Shown here: positions 9,248 through 18,980 of the stretch, piece after piece | Layout: each line of letters begins with the position of its first letter | Position numbering within the stretch: position 1 is the stretch's first letter | Virus record (IMG/VR): IMGVR_UViG_3300045988_139474 | Span: 32,001 to 96,000 of that record | Length of the DNA: 64,000 nt | Direction: 5' to 3' (one strand) | From: a virus | The notes under the pieces: generated by a model | Seen by the model: only the letters and a program-made list of their open reading frames with translations | What the model was told of the DNA's origin: nothing | The model's database searches: none | Made by a program: the position numbers and the translations under genes

Positions 9248-10444
9248 TTACACTTTCTTGCGAACCATCTTATCAAACATTGGCGCCAACAACATAGCTT
9301 GAACGCGTGCAGCGTTGTATGGCTTATTAGTCTTAGCCAAGTCAAAGTAGTAGCGTGCAGCATCCTTAACAGAACCGCCGAAAACAGGGGATTTCTGAGC
9401 CAGATAGGTCTTAGCACGCATATTCAGCGCAACGCCGTTAACAATAACGCTCAACAGGTCTTTGGCTGATACTTTCTTGCCTTGCAAGTAGTCACCCAAA
9501 GCTTTCAGGCCGTCTCGATTCGTTGCAGCTTCTTTCAAGGCTTTGCCCTTAGATTGTTTCGATTCAGACAGAACCCATTTGATAGCATCTTCAACGGTGG
9601 AATAACCGCTGATTGCTTTCATGGCTGCTTGAACCTCTTTCTGAGCTGGGCCAATCTTGACGGTGCTTGAAATCAGGCCTTTAATCGGCTTGCCGTTGTT
9701 AGTGTCTTCAGCCTTAACGCCTGAATAGACGTGGGAAGCACTAACAGTATGGATACCTGCTTTCAAGATTTCCTCAACCTTGTCGGAAACCTCAAACCAT
9801 TCTTTCGGCGTTTCATTACCCAACAACTCTTCAACATCCAAGCCTGAGCCTGTTTGTTGCATAGCGCGTTTTGAGTTTGCGCCAATAGTATTGATGGTAG
9901 CGTCACTCGAAGCTCGAACACGCATGCCTGGGCCAGAACCAATCAGGAGATAGGTTGACAAGACGATAGCACCGTCATGGCCGACTTTAGCGTACAATTT
10001 CTTGAGTAAGTCAACCAGTTCATACTCTTTCTCCGTATCAACTTGAAGATTGCCGGTCACGAACATACCCTTGTCCAGATTCAAGTCAATCAGGCTATCC
10101 AGGTTGACGCTTGAGATGTCCTCATCGTCAATCTCTGAGCCTAAGTTCAGCTCAATGCCTGGATAGTCACCAGCACGTGAGTAGAAGTTGCGCGCCAAGT
10201 TCATAGCAGCCTCTTTACTCATGTACATGCGATACTCATAGTACAAGGCTTCAACAGGGTTTCGGGCTTCCTGAGCCAGTTTCTCATAACGCTTGCGCGC
10301 TTGGAGATAACGTTTCTTGCCTTCAGGTGTCGACATGTACTTATTCATCGTGTCAATCATCTCAGGCGAAAACATCTTATCAAAAGAGGCACTCTCACCA
10401 AACTTTGCAGCTTGAGCGATTGCACCCTTTAGTCTTTCAGTCAT
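9248..10444 (-). CDS. Hypothetical protein (398 aa)
   Basis: Long ORF followed by an intrinsic terminator. No motif recognised. Confidence 0.6.
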   Translation of the reverse strand: MTERLKGAIAQAAKFGESASFDKMFSPEMIDTMNKYMSTPEGKKRYLQARKRYEKLAQEARNPVEALYYEYRMYMSKEAAMNLARNFYSRAGDYPGIELNLGSEIDDEDISSVNLDSLIDLNLDKGMFVTGNLQVDTEKEYELVDLLKKLYAKVGHDGAIVLSTYLLIGSGPGMRVRASSDATINTIGANSKRAMQQTGSGLDVEELLGNETPKEWFEVSDKVEEILKAGIHTVSASHVYSGVKAEDTNNGKPIKGLISSTVKIGPAQKEVQAAMKAISGYSTVEDAIKWVLSESKQSKGKALKEAATNRDGLKALGDYLQGKKVSAKDLLSVIVNGVALNMRAKTYLAQKSPVFGGSVKDAARYYFDLAKTNKPYNAARVQAMLLAPMFDKMVRKKV

Positions 10445-11147
10445 TGTTGTCCTTTCGGGCTAAGACATCCAAGGCCGTCTCAATCAAAGCGATTCTGGCT
10501 TCTCGTGAGAATATGCCTGCGGCTGTATTAGCCTCATTCAGTACCAGCACTGAGAACAGGTTGCCTACTGTAATCAAATCAGCCGTGCAACCGTAAACAG
10601 CAATGGTCTGGTTGGTTATCGGATAGTTTTGGTTATACATCGCCAGAGCAGCCCGCACTTGAGATGAAAGCGTTGCAGCATAAGCAGCATAGTAGGCAGG
10701 TGAGCTTACTCGCATTCCATCATCTTCAGCCTTCTCAAGTCTTGGGGCAATCATAACCAACAGGTCAGACAGTCTCAAGCTATCGGAGGCCAATTGACTC
10801 AACTCATTGTCCTTTTCAATATCTGCATTGAACGGAGCGTTATGCATGCTGTAATAAGCAAGGCTATCAAACACGCTCCTGTCCGATACAAAACCTGAGC
10901 CGAAATTGCGGAACAGCTCATAGCGATTCTTGATTAGCAACTCTTGGAACGCTATGCCCTTTTCAGGTTCATTGGCTGCTAATCGTAAAATGTCCTGATG
11001 CGTCTTAGTGCCTTCAGGCATATGGTCTCGACTAGCGAAGCGCGCAACAGGCACGCCATGCTTCTCCGACCAATCAGTCATCAGTGTCGTCTTTCCTGCT
11101 CCGTGTGAGCCGCAGATAACGACCTTAAAATCCTTGTAATTTTTCAT
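10437..11147 (-). CDS. P-loop NTPase, candidate (deoxy)nucleotide kinase
   Basis: Walker A GSHGAGKTT near the N-terminus. 236 aa. Embedded in the nucleotide-metabolism operon. Confidence 0.45.
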   Translation of the reverse strand: MKNYKDFKVVICGSHGAGKTTLMTDWSEKHGVPVARFASRDHMPEGTKTHQDILRLAANEPEKGIAFQELLIKNRYELFRNFGSGFVSDRSVFDSLAYYSMHNAPFNADIEKDNELSQLASDSLRLSDLLVMIAPRLEKAEDDGMRVSSPAYYAAYAATLSSQVRAALAMYNQNYPITNQTIAVYGCTADLITVGNLFSVLVLNEANTAAGIFSREARIALIETALDVLARKDNND

Positions 11148-11706
11148 ATAAATAATTTTCCGTTAAGAAAGCCTCACCAATAGCCAGCAAGTCTTTATCC
11201 AGCATCTGGTATTTCTTGAATGTTGTCTCTTGAATCTTCGCTACATTAGCCCAATCAAATTCACCGTCTGGTGTCTTGTCCTTGTAGCCTCGCAAATTAA
11301 GCTCTTCTACAATCTCATGCTCAACCGCCAATAAATCGGCTAATTTGACGATGAACTTGGTAACATCAGATACTTCAGACACGCCTAAGTCAGCAAGCAC
11401 CTTGTCCTCAATAACGCCCAAGGCCTTAACCAAATCAGGGTTTTCTCGTTTGACTACATACTTAACATCGCCAGTAACGACTTCAGGCAAATCATGACTT
11501 GCAGCATACTGGACGATTTCAAACTTCAAGTCATCCGTGAACGTGATACCGTGTTGGGCATAGAAGTCGATGATATCAAGGCAGATAGCCACTACCTCAG
11601 CATGGTGCTGAGATAAAGAACGGCGGTGTGCTCGAACGTTAACACCAGACCAACGGTCAACGTGATGAGAGGCTTTTGTTAAATCGAAGAAATTGTTGTA
11701 AGTCAT
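11125..11706 (-). CDS. HD-domain phosphohydrolase, YfbR-like 5'-deoxynucleotidase
   Basis: QHHAEV...AASHDLPEVVTGDV matches the H...HD...E..TGD metal-binding pattern of YfbR-type HD nucleotidases. Confidence 0.65.
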   Translation of the reverse strand: MTYNNFFDLTKASHHVDRWSGVNVRAHRRSLSQHHAEVVAICLDIIDFYAQHGITFTDDLKFEIVQYAASHDLPEVVTGDVKYVVKRENPDLVKALGVIEDKVLADLGVSEVSDVTKFIVKLADLLAVEHEIVEELNLRGYKDKTPDGEFDWANVAKIQETTFKKYQMLDKDLLAIGEAFLTENYLYEKLQGF

Positions 11707-11734
11707 GATATTTGTCCTATATGTAAACGATATG

Positions 11735-12892
11735 TTATTTGATTGGGCAGAACATGTCTGAGTGTTTAAAGGCTGTCTTCAAGTCAGAATTGACGATATT
11801 GTCTAAGGCTTCAAGCATCAATCCCTCTAACTCGGCCTTATCGCTTTCGGTTGTTGTCTTGGTCCAGATTTTACGAATCATTTCATAAGCAAGAATCGCC
11901 AGATAGTCCTTAACCAAAGAAGAATTTTGGAAGACAGTGCGATTAGTCAAGCCTAAGGCGATTTCCAGCAGCTTGTGAGGGACATGACGGTTGACGTACA
12001 AGAATGAAATTGCATTAGTCATGAACACCCTTACAGCATTGACGAATTCATCAGCTGTTTCAAACGGTGCAAGATAGCCCGTCAGATTATCCAGTCCAGG
12101 ATAAGACAAAGCAACCTTGTTATCCAAGACGGCCTTGAATTGCTTCTCAGCCAAATTATTGCCCTTCTCAACTGCTACTGGGTCGTTAGCCAGATACACG
12201 TGCAGATTGTTTGAGAACAGCGTGTAATTACCAATTCCCTCAGCAAATTCCTCAGGGTGTTTTTGGTGTAAGTACAGAGCAGTCAGTTCCTGCAGGAAGC
12301 TGAACTCAAAGAAGTTGATAGTAAACACACCATAGCTGACGTCATTTGACCGATTGATTACAGTCACATCAAGCTGTTTCGTCTCTTGATTGACGTCAAA
12401 GTACAGCATGTTATTACATGACCTGTCCTTGATATGCGGTGTTCCATGATTGAATTTGATAGCGTCATACGATTCTTGGGCTGGGTCAAAGATACTCAAG
12501 ACGGCTTGACGGGTCTGAGGGTTGGCCTCAAGATACTTGATAACGCCAGCCCATTGATTATGCTGATACAACATTGGGCCATAGGCTCTAGTCCATGTAA
12601 CGCCATCGTCTGAATACAAAGGTGCGCGGTGTAGGAAGTATTCCAACCAGCCTGAAATTACCTTAGAACCCGATAACACCCAAAAGGTCTCTGCAATAGC
12701 AGCAGCGATTGAGTTATTGCGTCCGTCAAGTGTAACATAACGCTCTTTTGGGTTAGTAACGCAGATTGTAGCTCGCTTTACGGCCTTAGTTGTACCCTTC
12801 TCAGATTGAGTTACTGCGCCGTGAGAGTCAATCAATCTCGCAGCTTGGATATACGCGTCATTTACATTCAACGCATTGATTAAGTGTGGCAT
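11735..12892 (-). CDS. Thymidylate-synthase-family enzyme, probably a pyrimidine dNMP hydroxymethylase, with ~150-aa C-terminal extension
   Basis: RQAVLSIFDP, catalytic-Cys segment DRSCNNMLYF, INRSNDVSYGV (RSND as in T4 gp42 rather than the QRSCD of ThyA). Start trimmed from the track value 12928 to ATG 12892 (AAAGGA SD), because 12918-12955 is a promoter motif. Confidence 0.7.
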   Translation of the reverse strand: MPHLINALNVNDAYIQAARLIDSHGAVTQSEKGTTKAVKRATICVTNPKERYVTLDGRNNSIAAAIAETFWVLSGSKVISGWLEYFLHRAPLYSDDGVTWTRAYGPMLYQHNQWAGVIKYLEANPQTRQAVLSIFDPAQESYDAIKFNHGTPHIKDRSCNNMLYFDVNQETKQLDVTVINRSNDVSYGVFTINFFEFSFLQELTALYLHQKHPEEFAEGIGNYTLFSNNLHVYLANDPVAVEKGNNLAEKQFKAVLDNKVALSYPGLDNLTGYLAPFETADEFVNAVRVFMTNAISFLYVNRHVPHKLLEIALGLTNRTVFQNSSLVKDYLAILAYEMIRKIWTKTTTESDKAELEGLMLEALDNIVNSDLKTAFKHSDMFCPIK

Positions 12893-12917
12893 GGTTATCC
12901 TTTCTGTTTGCCTGTTC

Positions 12918-12955
12918 ATTATACACAAAGAACGATAAGGCCGAAAAACGCATTC
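12918..12955 (-). promoter_or_regulatory. Class-1 conserved promoter motif, copy a
   Basis: Minus sense GAATGCGTTTTTCGGCCTTATCGTTCTTTGTGTATAATG. TATAAT lies at 12918-12923, about 25 nt upstream of ATG 12892. Confidence 0.6.
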
Positions 12956-12983
12956 ACGAAGAAATTATTTTTCGGCCAGTTAG

Positions 12984-13544
12984 CTAGACAGTAGAATCTT
13001 CTGAGAGGACAGCTGCCGATACGGCGTTGTACCCTTGATAGTGTCCGTTGTATCCGTCTGCTTCTAGCAACGGAATATCCAGCTGGTTGAACTTGAGCTG
13101 ACCTATACGCTGGCCAGCCTTCAACACGATAGGATACGGCGCGGAATTATACAATTCAAGAGTGACTGAGCCGTTGAAGCCTGGGTCAATGAAGCCTGCT
13201 AGTTGATGTTCCAACCCGACACGGCCTAATCTTGACTTCAAGCAAAAGTCAGCACATATATCCAGAGGGATTGAAAAGATTTCCGCAGTATGAGCCAGAA
13301 TGAACTGTTGAGGCTGGAGGGTGAATGTTCCTCCCTCCTCAAGCTTAACCCAGTCAAAGTATTCCTCATTGCCTTCCAGCCAGCTTTTCAACGGCTCGGA
13401 TTTACCATTGGGAACCATTAGCTCACAACCAAGAGTTACATCCAAGCTTGCAGGATTGATTAGCTTGCGCAGGTCAAATACATCTCTGTTCTCAACCAGC
13501 CCTTTAGTAATCAACCGCTCGATATTGTAGCGCGACAGAATCAT
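12984..13544 (-). CDS. dCTP deaminase family enzyme (Dcd/dUTPase fold)
   Basis: SRLGRVGLEHQLAGFIDPGFNGSVTLELYN...AGQRIGQLKF is the Dcd family signature. Confidence 0.8.
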   Translation of the reverse strand: MILSRYNIERLITKGLVENRDVFDLRKLINPASLDVTLGCELMVPNGKSEPLKSWLEGNEEYFDWVKLEEGGTFTLQPQQFILAHTAEIFSIPLDICADFCLKSRLGRVGLEHQLAGFIDPGFNGSVTLELYNSAPYPIVLKAGQRIGQLKFNQLDIPLLEADGYNGHYQGYNAVSAAVLSEDSTV

Positions 13545-13545
13545 G

Positions 13546-14280
13546 TTATTCTCCAGTCAGGATACGGTGAACGGACAAGGCTTGGAATTGAGCGTCAGTC
13601 AAAGCGTTATGAGCAGCATCTACAGGAGGTCTAACTCGCGCAATCTTAGGAAACAACAGGGTGGCTGTACGCATATCAAACACGTGATAGTATTCCCAAG
13701 GCACTTCATGACCTAGAATCTGAAGCCAAGCAGAAATGATTGAGATGTCGTATCCACTGCCATTTCCCCAGACACCAATATCCTCTGAGATAACATTAGG
13801 CTCACCAGCTGCTGCTTTCTCGCCAATCAGACGGCGCAAGGCTTCTTTGCACTTGCGGAAATACTCAAGGAATACCAATGCAGCATCTTCGTGCGACATT
13901 GTACCTGATAAAGCTTCGTTTCTGACTTCAGTATTCTGACTGCGCCACCAATTCAAGGTATCTTCATCATGAGTAAAGCGTGAGTCCAGAGCAGGTCTGA
14001 TTTTGATATAGCCGTCTGGAATCAGTCCTTTCAAGACACCCATAGTAGCAATACCAATAGTCAGAATCTGTACGCCATCTCTACCTTTCGATGGACGGCC
14101 TACAGTCTCTAAGTCAATCATCAAATGCGCAGAAGGCATCTTATTGTCGGTGAACTGTTTAAGGACTGGGACGTGAGCCAGACCAGGGTATTTCACCATA
14201 CCTTCAGGCGTTTCCCTGTCCTTTTCCGTGATCAGAATTTCAAGGCAAGCAGGGTCTTGGCTAGTGAACGAATGCAGCAT
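13546..14280 (-). CDS. DEDDh (DnaQ-like) 3'-5' exonuclease
   Basis: MIDLETVG (Exo I), GNGSGYDISI (Exo II), HNALTDAQ (H-x4-D). Start trimmed to ATG 14280 preceded by GGAGGG. Confidence 0.65.
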   Translation of the reverse strand: MLHSFTSQDPACLEILITEKDRETPEGMVKYPGLAHVPVLKQFTDNKMPSAHLMIDLETVGRPSKGRDGVQILTIGIATMGVLKGLIPDGYIKIRPALDSRFTHDEDTLNWWRSQNTEVRNEALSGTMSHEDAALVFLEYFRKCKEALRRLIGEKAAAGEPNVISEDIGVWGNGSGYDISIISAWLQILGHEVPWEYYHVFDMRTATLLFPKIARVRPPVDAAHNALTDAQFQALSVHRILTGE

Positions 14281-14665
14281 AAATAGCCCTCCCTGCGAAG
14301 TACAGACCAACCAGCAATACAACCGCAATAATCGCAATATGCAATTTGTTGAACTCGCTAGTGTCTAACAATCCTTTAGGCTGTTCCGCTTCGGTCTTCG
14401 CCAAGTCCTTCAAAGCCAATGCTGAACGGTACAAGTCATAGCTACCAGACAAACTGTCTGCGGCCTTACTGGCTGTAAAGCAATCGTAAGCCAGTTGAGT
14501 CAGGTCGGTAGGAATATTCAGTGTACGACCACTTGCGGAAAGCTCGGTCAGGCTTTGAATAGCAGCTTCTTCCAAGATAGTCCGATTAGCCTGCTTGAGT
14601 ACACGGTGAGCAGCCAATAACAAGGCAGCTTGCTCAGCGGTCAAATTTGGATACACAACAATCAT
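14261..14665 (-). CDS. Hypothetical protein with C-terminal membrane anchor
   Basis: 134 aa. Hydrophobic tail IAIIAVVLLVGLYFAGRAIYAAF. Confidence 0.55.
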   Translation of the reverse strand: MIVVYPNLTAEQAALLLAAHRVLKQANRTILEEAAIQSLTELSASGRTLNIPTDLTQLAYDCFTASKAADSLSGSYDLYRSALALKDLAKTEAEQPKGLLDTSEFNKLHIAIIAVVLLVGLYFAGRAIYAAFVH

Positions 14666-14668
14666 ATA

Positions 14669-15100
14669 TCACTCCTTGTCGGTAATCCCATACGGCAATA
14701 CAAGTCGAATGATTGCGGGTATAGGGATTCTAAACATCTTGTTGACCTCAGTCAAGTCCTCAGTCTTCACTAGCAGGTCAGTCGTTTTCGGGTCAACATC
14801 TACACGCAAGTTGCTTACGGCAAATGGTGTCTGTATTCTAGCTCGGTGAATTGGTGTTCCCAGTTCAGTCATCGGCTCGAATCGGCCTAACGCTTCCAAT
14901 GGCGCCAGCCCTAATCGGTTACAAGCAACCTTAGACAACAGCAATATCTCTTCTGCGTCTGCCTCAGGATACTCAGCAAAGATTTTGGGCAGTTCAAGGT
15001 CTGTATATTGCTTATCATCAATCTTTACAAGAAAGCCTGTTACTGTCTTCTCAAGCGTCATAGTGAAGCCTGTTGAACCGCAATTATCAAACTTAATCAT
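14669..15100 (-). CDS. Hypothetical protein (143 aa)
   Basis: ORF in a tightly coupled series. No motif recognised. Confidence 0.55.
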   Translation of the reverse strand: MIKFDNCGSTGFTMTLEKTVTGFLVKIDDKQYTDLELPKIFAEYPEADAEEILLLSKVACNRLGLAPLEALGRFEPMTELGTPIHRARIQTPFAVSNLRVDVDPKTTDLLVKTEDLTEVNKMFRIPIPAIIRLVLPYGITDKE

Positions 15101-15474
15101 GCTACTTTCATCCCCTTCGCTCGGAGTGACTCAATCATCTCCTTGTCGATAGCGTCAATCTGGTCTTGGTACATGATTGGGATTGAGCTCAGCTTCAAAC
15201 GGAAACTCAATGCGCCCAAGTCCTGCTCCAGATAAACGAAGCGCAGGCCGTCTCGGTCGAAACGATAGCCGATGACTTCATTTGTACCAGCCGTTCCTGC
15301 GAAATGCAATTCACCAGAGTTATTGAGTACATCACGCGCTTCTGTAAACTGTTGCATAGTCAGGCGTGTTGAGCTCAAGTCAGTAAAAATCAGGTTTCGG
15401 GCTTCGTGTAAGCCTTTTGCTTTCACCAGCCAATCAAAGAATCGGGGGAAATTGTTATTGCTAGTGATTTTCAT
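15097..15474 (-). CDS. Hypothetical protein (125 aa)
   Basis: 4-nt overlap with the upstream gene. No motif recognised. Confidence 0.55.
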   Translation of the reverse strand: MKITSNNNFPRFFDWLVKAKGLHEARNLIFTDLSSTRLTMQQFTEARDVLNNSGELHFAGTAGTNEVIGYRFDRDGLRFVYLEQDLGALSFRLKLSSIPIMYQDQIDAIDKEMIESLRAKGMKVA

Positions 15475-15770
15475 GACTCAACCTTATCGAATCTATGGAA
15501 TTCTTCAAACCATACACCATAGTGTCGGGATATAAAGGCATGGTCAAACAACTCAACAAACTTCAAGTCTCTATTGACTTGCGGTTCATAAGGGCTGAAA
15601 TAACAGCTTCTCAAGCTCAGGTTGTCGTGATGGTTAAGGTATTTTCCAAATGGGATCATTTGAGCGGGCAGGCAATAAATAACCACATGCTTGCCTTCAG
15701 CTAAAAGGCGTTCAGCCTCTTGTAGCATGCGTTCTGTACGGCCTGTTTGTCTGTTAGGGTCTTGAAACAT
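15471..15770 (-). CDS. Hypothetical protein (99 aa)
   Basis: 4-nt overlap coupling. No motif recognised. Confidence 0.5.
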   Translation of the reverse strand: MFQDPNRQTGRTERMLQEAERLLAEGKHVVIYCLPAQMIPFGKYLNHHDNLSLRSCYFSPYEPQVNRDLKFVELFDHAFISRHYGVWFEEFHRFDKVES

Positions 15771-15772
15771 AG

Positions 15773-16516
15773 TCAGTTCCTTTCATAAGGTTTTGCTTGA
15801 AAAACATAAACGATTGATTCTAACCAATCAACAATCTCAGGATTCAACGGCATAGTTTTGAATCCGCATCTGTATAGCATTGCGGAATCGTAGATTTCAA
15901 TAGGCAATCGGACAGGCAAAGTCTCAAAGCCTGCTTGAGCGGTTTTCATCTTATCAACAATTGCTTTTGAATTATGATAAGCCTGTTTCGTGCTGAATGG
16001 GACGGTCGGTTGCTCATAGCCGATGTCGTGACCAAACAATTCCTTATAGACGGCGTACATGTCGACACCTAAGGAATACGCACGCGCAATATAGACAGCT
16101 ACTGTATCTTGATTAGGACTCAGCGCAATCATCCCTTGAACATTCTTCGTACTGGCTGCTGCAATACAAGTAGCACCTTTCAAATTCCAGAAGTCGTCAA
16201 GCTGCGACACCTCTTTCCATTTCACATAAATATATGGCTTCTCAGCTGTAATCAATTTCAAGTTAAGGCAGACAATAGCAATCAGAAAAGTAAACGCAAT
16301 GCTGAAAGCAGCCCAATCACCCTTTAGGAGCGCGTTACAGGCCGTGAACGCAGAAATGATTGAAAACGATATGGCTGCTGGTTGTTCCCAGATAGCCGAC
16401 CAATCAATCCGCGTTTTCACGATACGCATTGACTTGAGTGAGACAGCATGGTTGAAAGTCTCAGCTGTAAGCAGCTTTCCAGTCTGCACGTCAAAAATAA
16501 ATTTGTTGATAGACAT
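15773..16516 (-). CDS. Hypothetical membrane protein (247 aa)
   Basis: Two hydrophobic helices (AAISFSIISAFTACNALL, FSIAFTFLIAIVCLNL). Confidence 0.55.
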   Translation of the reverse strand: MSINKFIFDVQTGKLLTAETFNHAVSLKSMRIVKTRIDWSAIWEQPAAISFSIISAFTACNALLKGDWAAFSIAFTFLIAIVCLNLKLITAEKPYIYVKWKEVSQLDDFWNLKGATCIAAASTKNVQGMIALSPNQDTVAVYIARAYSLGVDMYAVYKELFGHDIGYEQPTVPFSTKQAYHNSKAIVDKMKTAQAGFETLPVRLPIEIYDSAMLYRCGFKTMPLNPEIVDWLESIVYVFQAKPYERN

Positions 16517-16563
16517 TTTGAGTTTCCTTTTTCACTGGGTCTAGTGCGAATTTTACTTAATGG

Positions 16564-17388
16564 TTATCTGAGAACATGATATCTTTTTATCTGCTTCAGA
16601 AATTCGATTTGTTCGGTTGTAGGCTTGAGTAATCCCATGAAAGCGGCACCGCTGTAGTAAAAATGCGAGTTGTGCCTACGGTCTCTTAAGGAATACTTGT
16701 CAAGAAGTACATAATAAAACACAGGATTAAAGTTTTTATCGAAAATACGCAATTTAGCTACATAGTCTCTTAACTCGATGGTGACTGGGAATAAAAGCCT
16801 ATCAGTAAAAGCACCCTTTTCAGCTACTTCAAATGTTCTTGAGTAATAAAACTTTTCGTCTGCAGTTAGCTTTAAAATGTCTTCGCCTGACCTGCTGAAA
16901 ACACAAATGCCATAATTGCCCAAGGCAGGCATTTGTGTTAAGTCTTTAGTGACTTCAAAAATCCTTATGTGAGTCTTGCCCTTAGTCGGCCAAGAAGTAT
17001 TCCTATGACTTTCATCCGCTTTAATAATGAGACCATTATAAAAGTTTTGAATAGAAAGGACTGAATAAGGGTCATCCGTCATATTTTGTATGAAGAATGC
17101 GCGTGGTTTCATTAGGCCTTGTATTAAATATTGATAATTGATATTAGCTGTAAGCTCAGGGTGTTTTTCTCTAATCTTATTAAAGAATTTAAGGTGCTTG
17201 CCGTGAACTGTTAAATCAAAAAATCCTCCTGAATAGTTTTCAGGCAAGTCTTTAGAATCAACTGTTGACCTGTCAAACTCAAAATTTTTTAATCTGGCGT
17301 AATCTACATCCAATTCGTATATTCTGGAAAGAACCCATGGAGTGTCTCTATCCGCAGCATCAACGCCGTCTATCTCAATACCATACAT
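16564..17388 (-). CDS. Hypothetical protein (274 aa), A+T-rich island
   Basis: Long ORF. Visibly more A+T-rich than its neighbours (not computed). No motif recognised. Confidence 0.55.
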   Translation of the reverse strand: MYGIEIDGVDAADRDTPWVLSRIYELDVDYARLKNFEFDRSTVDSKDLPENYSGGFFDLTVHGKHLKFFNKIREKHPELTANINYQYLIQGLMKPRAFFIQNMTDDPYSVLSIQNFYNGLIIKADESHRNTSWPTKGKTHIRIFEVTKDLTQMPALGNYGICVFSRSGEDILKLTADEKFYYSRTFEVAEKGAFTDRLLFPVTIELRDYVAKLRIFDKNFNPVFYYVLLDKYSLRDRRHNSHFYYSGAAFMGLLKPTTEQIEFLKQIKRYHVLR

Positions 17389-17900
17389 CCTATTACCCCT
17401 CTTGATACCATATATGTGTCTGCCTGAACTACTCTTGAGCCTGTAACAGGTATTTTCGGGTAATCCTCAAGGATTTCTCTTTTTTGACCTGTATCAAAAA
17501 TTATATTGTATTCTGGATTGTTCCAATTAGCTCTATTGTAATTTGTAGGCAATAACACTTGCTGAGGGTGAACGAATCCTCCAAAATCGGTTTTCCCTAT
17601 CTCGTTGCTGTTAACATTAGCAAGTTTTAGTATCTTGAGCCCTTGCCCCTCGACATTCAGCACAAGATAATCCTGTATGCTATCATATTTCTCATTTAGC
17701 TGAAACGGATTAGAATATACAATGAACTTCTCACCAAATTCTATTTCAGGAAGATTTGGGACGATACCGACATCAATGACCTTCGGATACCCCCCCCGCA
17801 ACATTACAGATGAGACCGTAACAATATGCTCAGTTATTGATTTGATATCAAATTGATTTCTGAATTCTAAGTCAGAAAGATACAAGCCGTAGCCTGGCAT
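17370..17900 (-). CDS. Hypothetical protein (176 aa), A+T-rich island
   Basis: Long ORF overlapping the next gene by 19 nt. No motif recognised. Confidence 0.55.
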   Translation of the reverse strand: MPGYGLYLSDLEFRNQFDIKSITEHIVTVSSVMLRGGYPKVIDVGIVPNLPEIEFGEKFIVYSNPFQLNEKYDSIQDYLVLNVEGQGLKILKLANVNSNEIGKTDFGGFVHPQQVLLPTNYNRANWNNPEYNIIFDTGQKREILEDYPKIPVTGSRVVQADTYMVSRGVIGCMVLR

Positions 17901-18356
17901 ATCTTTTCCTTTCTTAAAGTTTGAGATTGATTGAAAAAGATTTCCTCTTTAGGAATCGCCCTAACCCTGTTGCTAGCAGAAGCGTTGGAGAGTGAACGCT
18001 GACCTAGCATACTGCATGGAGGTAGGAGAGGTAATTGATACAAGGTCAAAGCGATTCCGAAAAAGAACTGGTTACCATTATCCAGCGTCACTGAGCTTTC
18101 GCCATGACGGATTTTCTATACATTAAGTCTGGAGTGATAGTAGGCTTTATTTTACTTTGCGCCTACCAGACAAAGTTCAGGAGTCAACTTGCTCAGCACA
18201 GCCAGCTAGAAAATAGGCTAAACTAACAGGCTGCACTCAACAGGTTTAACTGTTGAAAAACAAAAGGAACTTAATATGCTAAAACAAGGCCAATATTACC
18301 ATTTATGTCTCCCGCATATTGGCGGACGGGATATGCAACCCCTTGCAGAAAATCAA

Positions 18357-18980
18357 TCAGCTACAGATTTCAGTCATCATAGCTTTATACAGCTGGTTTC
18401 TTTTGCGAACAGATTCAATTGAGTCGTTCATAAATACAGGATGTTTGTCGACAATTATTTCCGCAATTTCGCTCGGAGTTTTCGAACAAAATTCATAGTC
18501 AATCATCCTAGTATGACCGTCAACTACCAGATAGCTCTTGCCTTCTCCCCATGCAGACCATTTAAAGAAGTCACAATCTAGTCCGTCTAACAAATAGGCA
18601 TTGTCCTTGTCTTCAATGTAAAAGTATGTTATGCCTCTTCTCCCTCTAATAGGCAGATGCATCACAAAATACGGATTTACGCATGAATCTAACAAGGCCT
18701 TTGGCTCTACTGGAACTTTCTTGTAAGAAGCTCCCTCCATAAATACTACACCGACGAAGACGATAAGCAAACTCAGGCCAATTATTAGCAGCAACATAGC
18801 TTCAGGCGCAAATTGGGTTTTGGTAAAATACCAGCCTATCAAAACACAAGCTGCCATAATAACCCCAGCCCCTATGACCCCAGTATTGAGTACATACGTG
18901 TGCCATCTCGTTGAGGATTTGCTGTAATACGCTCGAAACTCGCCTGTTTGACGGTTCATTTTCAGTAGCGTATCAGTCAT
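18357..18980 (-). CDS. Hypothetical membrane protein
   Basis: Two adjacent hydrophobic helices. Start trimmed to ATG 18980, which overlaps the stop of 18973-19563 (AATGACTGA). Confidence 0.55.
   Translation of the reverse strand: MTDTLLKMNRQTGEFRAYYSKSSTRWHTYVLNTGVIGAGVIMAACVLIGWYFTKTQFAPEAMLLLIIGLSLLIVFVGVVFMEGASYKKVPVEPKALLDSCVNPYFVMHLPIRGRRGITYFYIEDKDNAYLLDGLDCDFFKWSAWGEGKSYLVVDGHTRMIDYEFCSKTPSEIAEIIVDKHPVFMNDSIESVRKRNQLYKAMMTEICS

Noticed and set aside
11735-12892. Plain thymidylate synthase (thyA) annotation.
   Set aside because: The RSND motif, the ~150-aa C-terminal extension and the surrounding Dcd/HD/kinase/MazG context fit a hydroxymethylase better. The substrate cannot be fixed from sequence alone, so a family-level call is given.
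17867-18091. Track ORF of 74 aa (minus strand) in the A+T-rich island spacer.
   Set aside because: It has a GTG start without an SD, overlaps the start of 17370-17900, and gives a low-complexity product.
18276-18422. Plus-strand 48-aa ORF MLKQGQYYHLCLPHIGGRDMQPLAENQS... with a good AAGGAA SD.
   Set aside because: It would be the only plus-strand gene in 63 kb, and it overlaps the 3' end of minus-strand gene 18357-18980 by 66 nt. No supporting motif was seen. Left as unproven.
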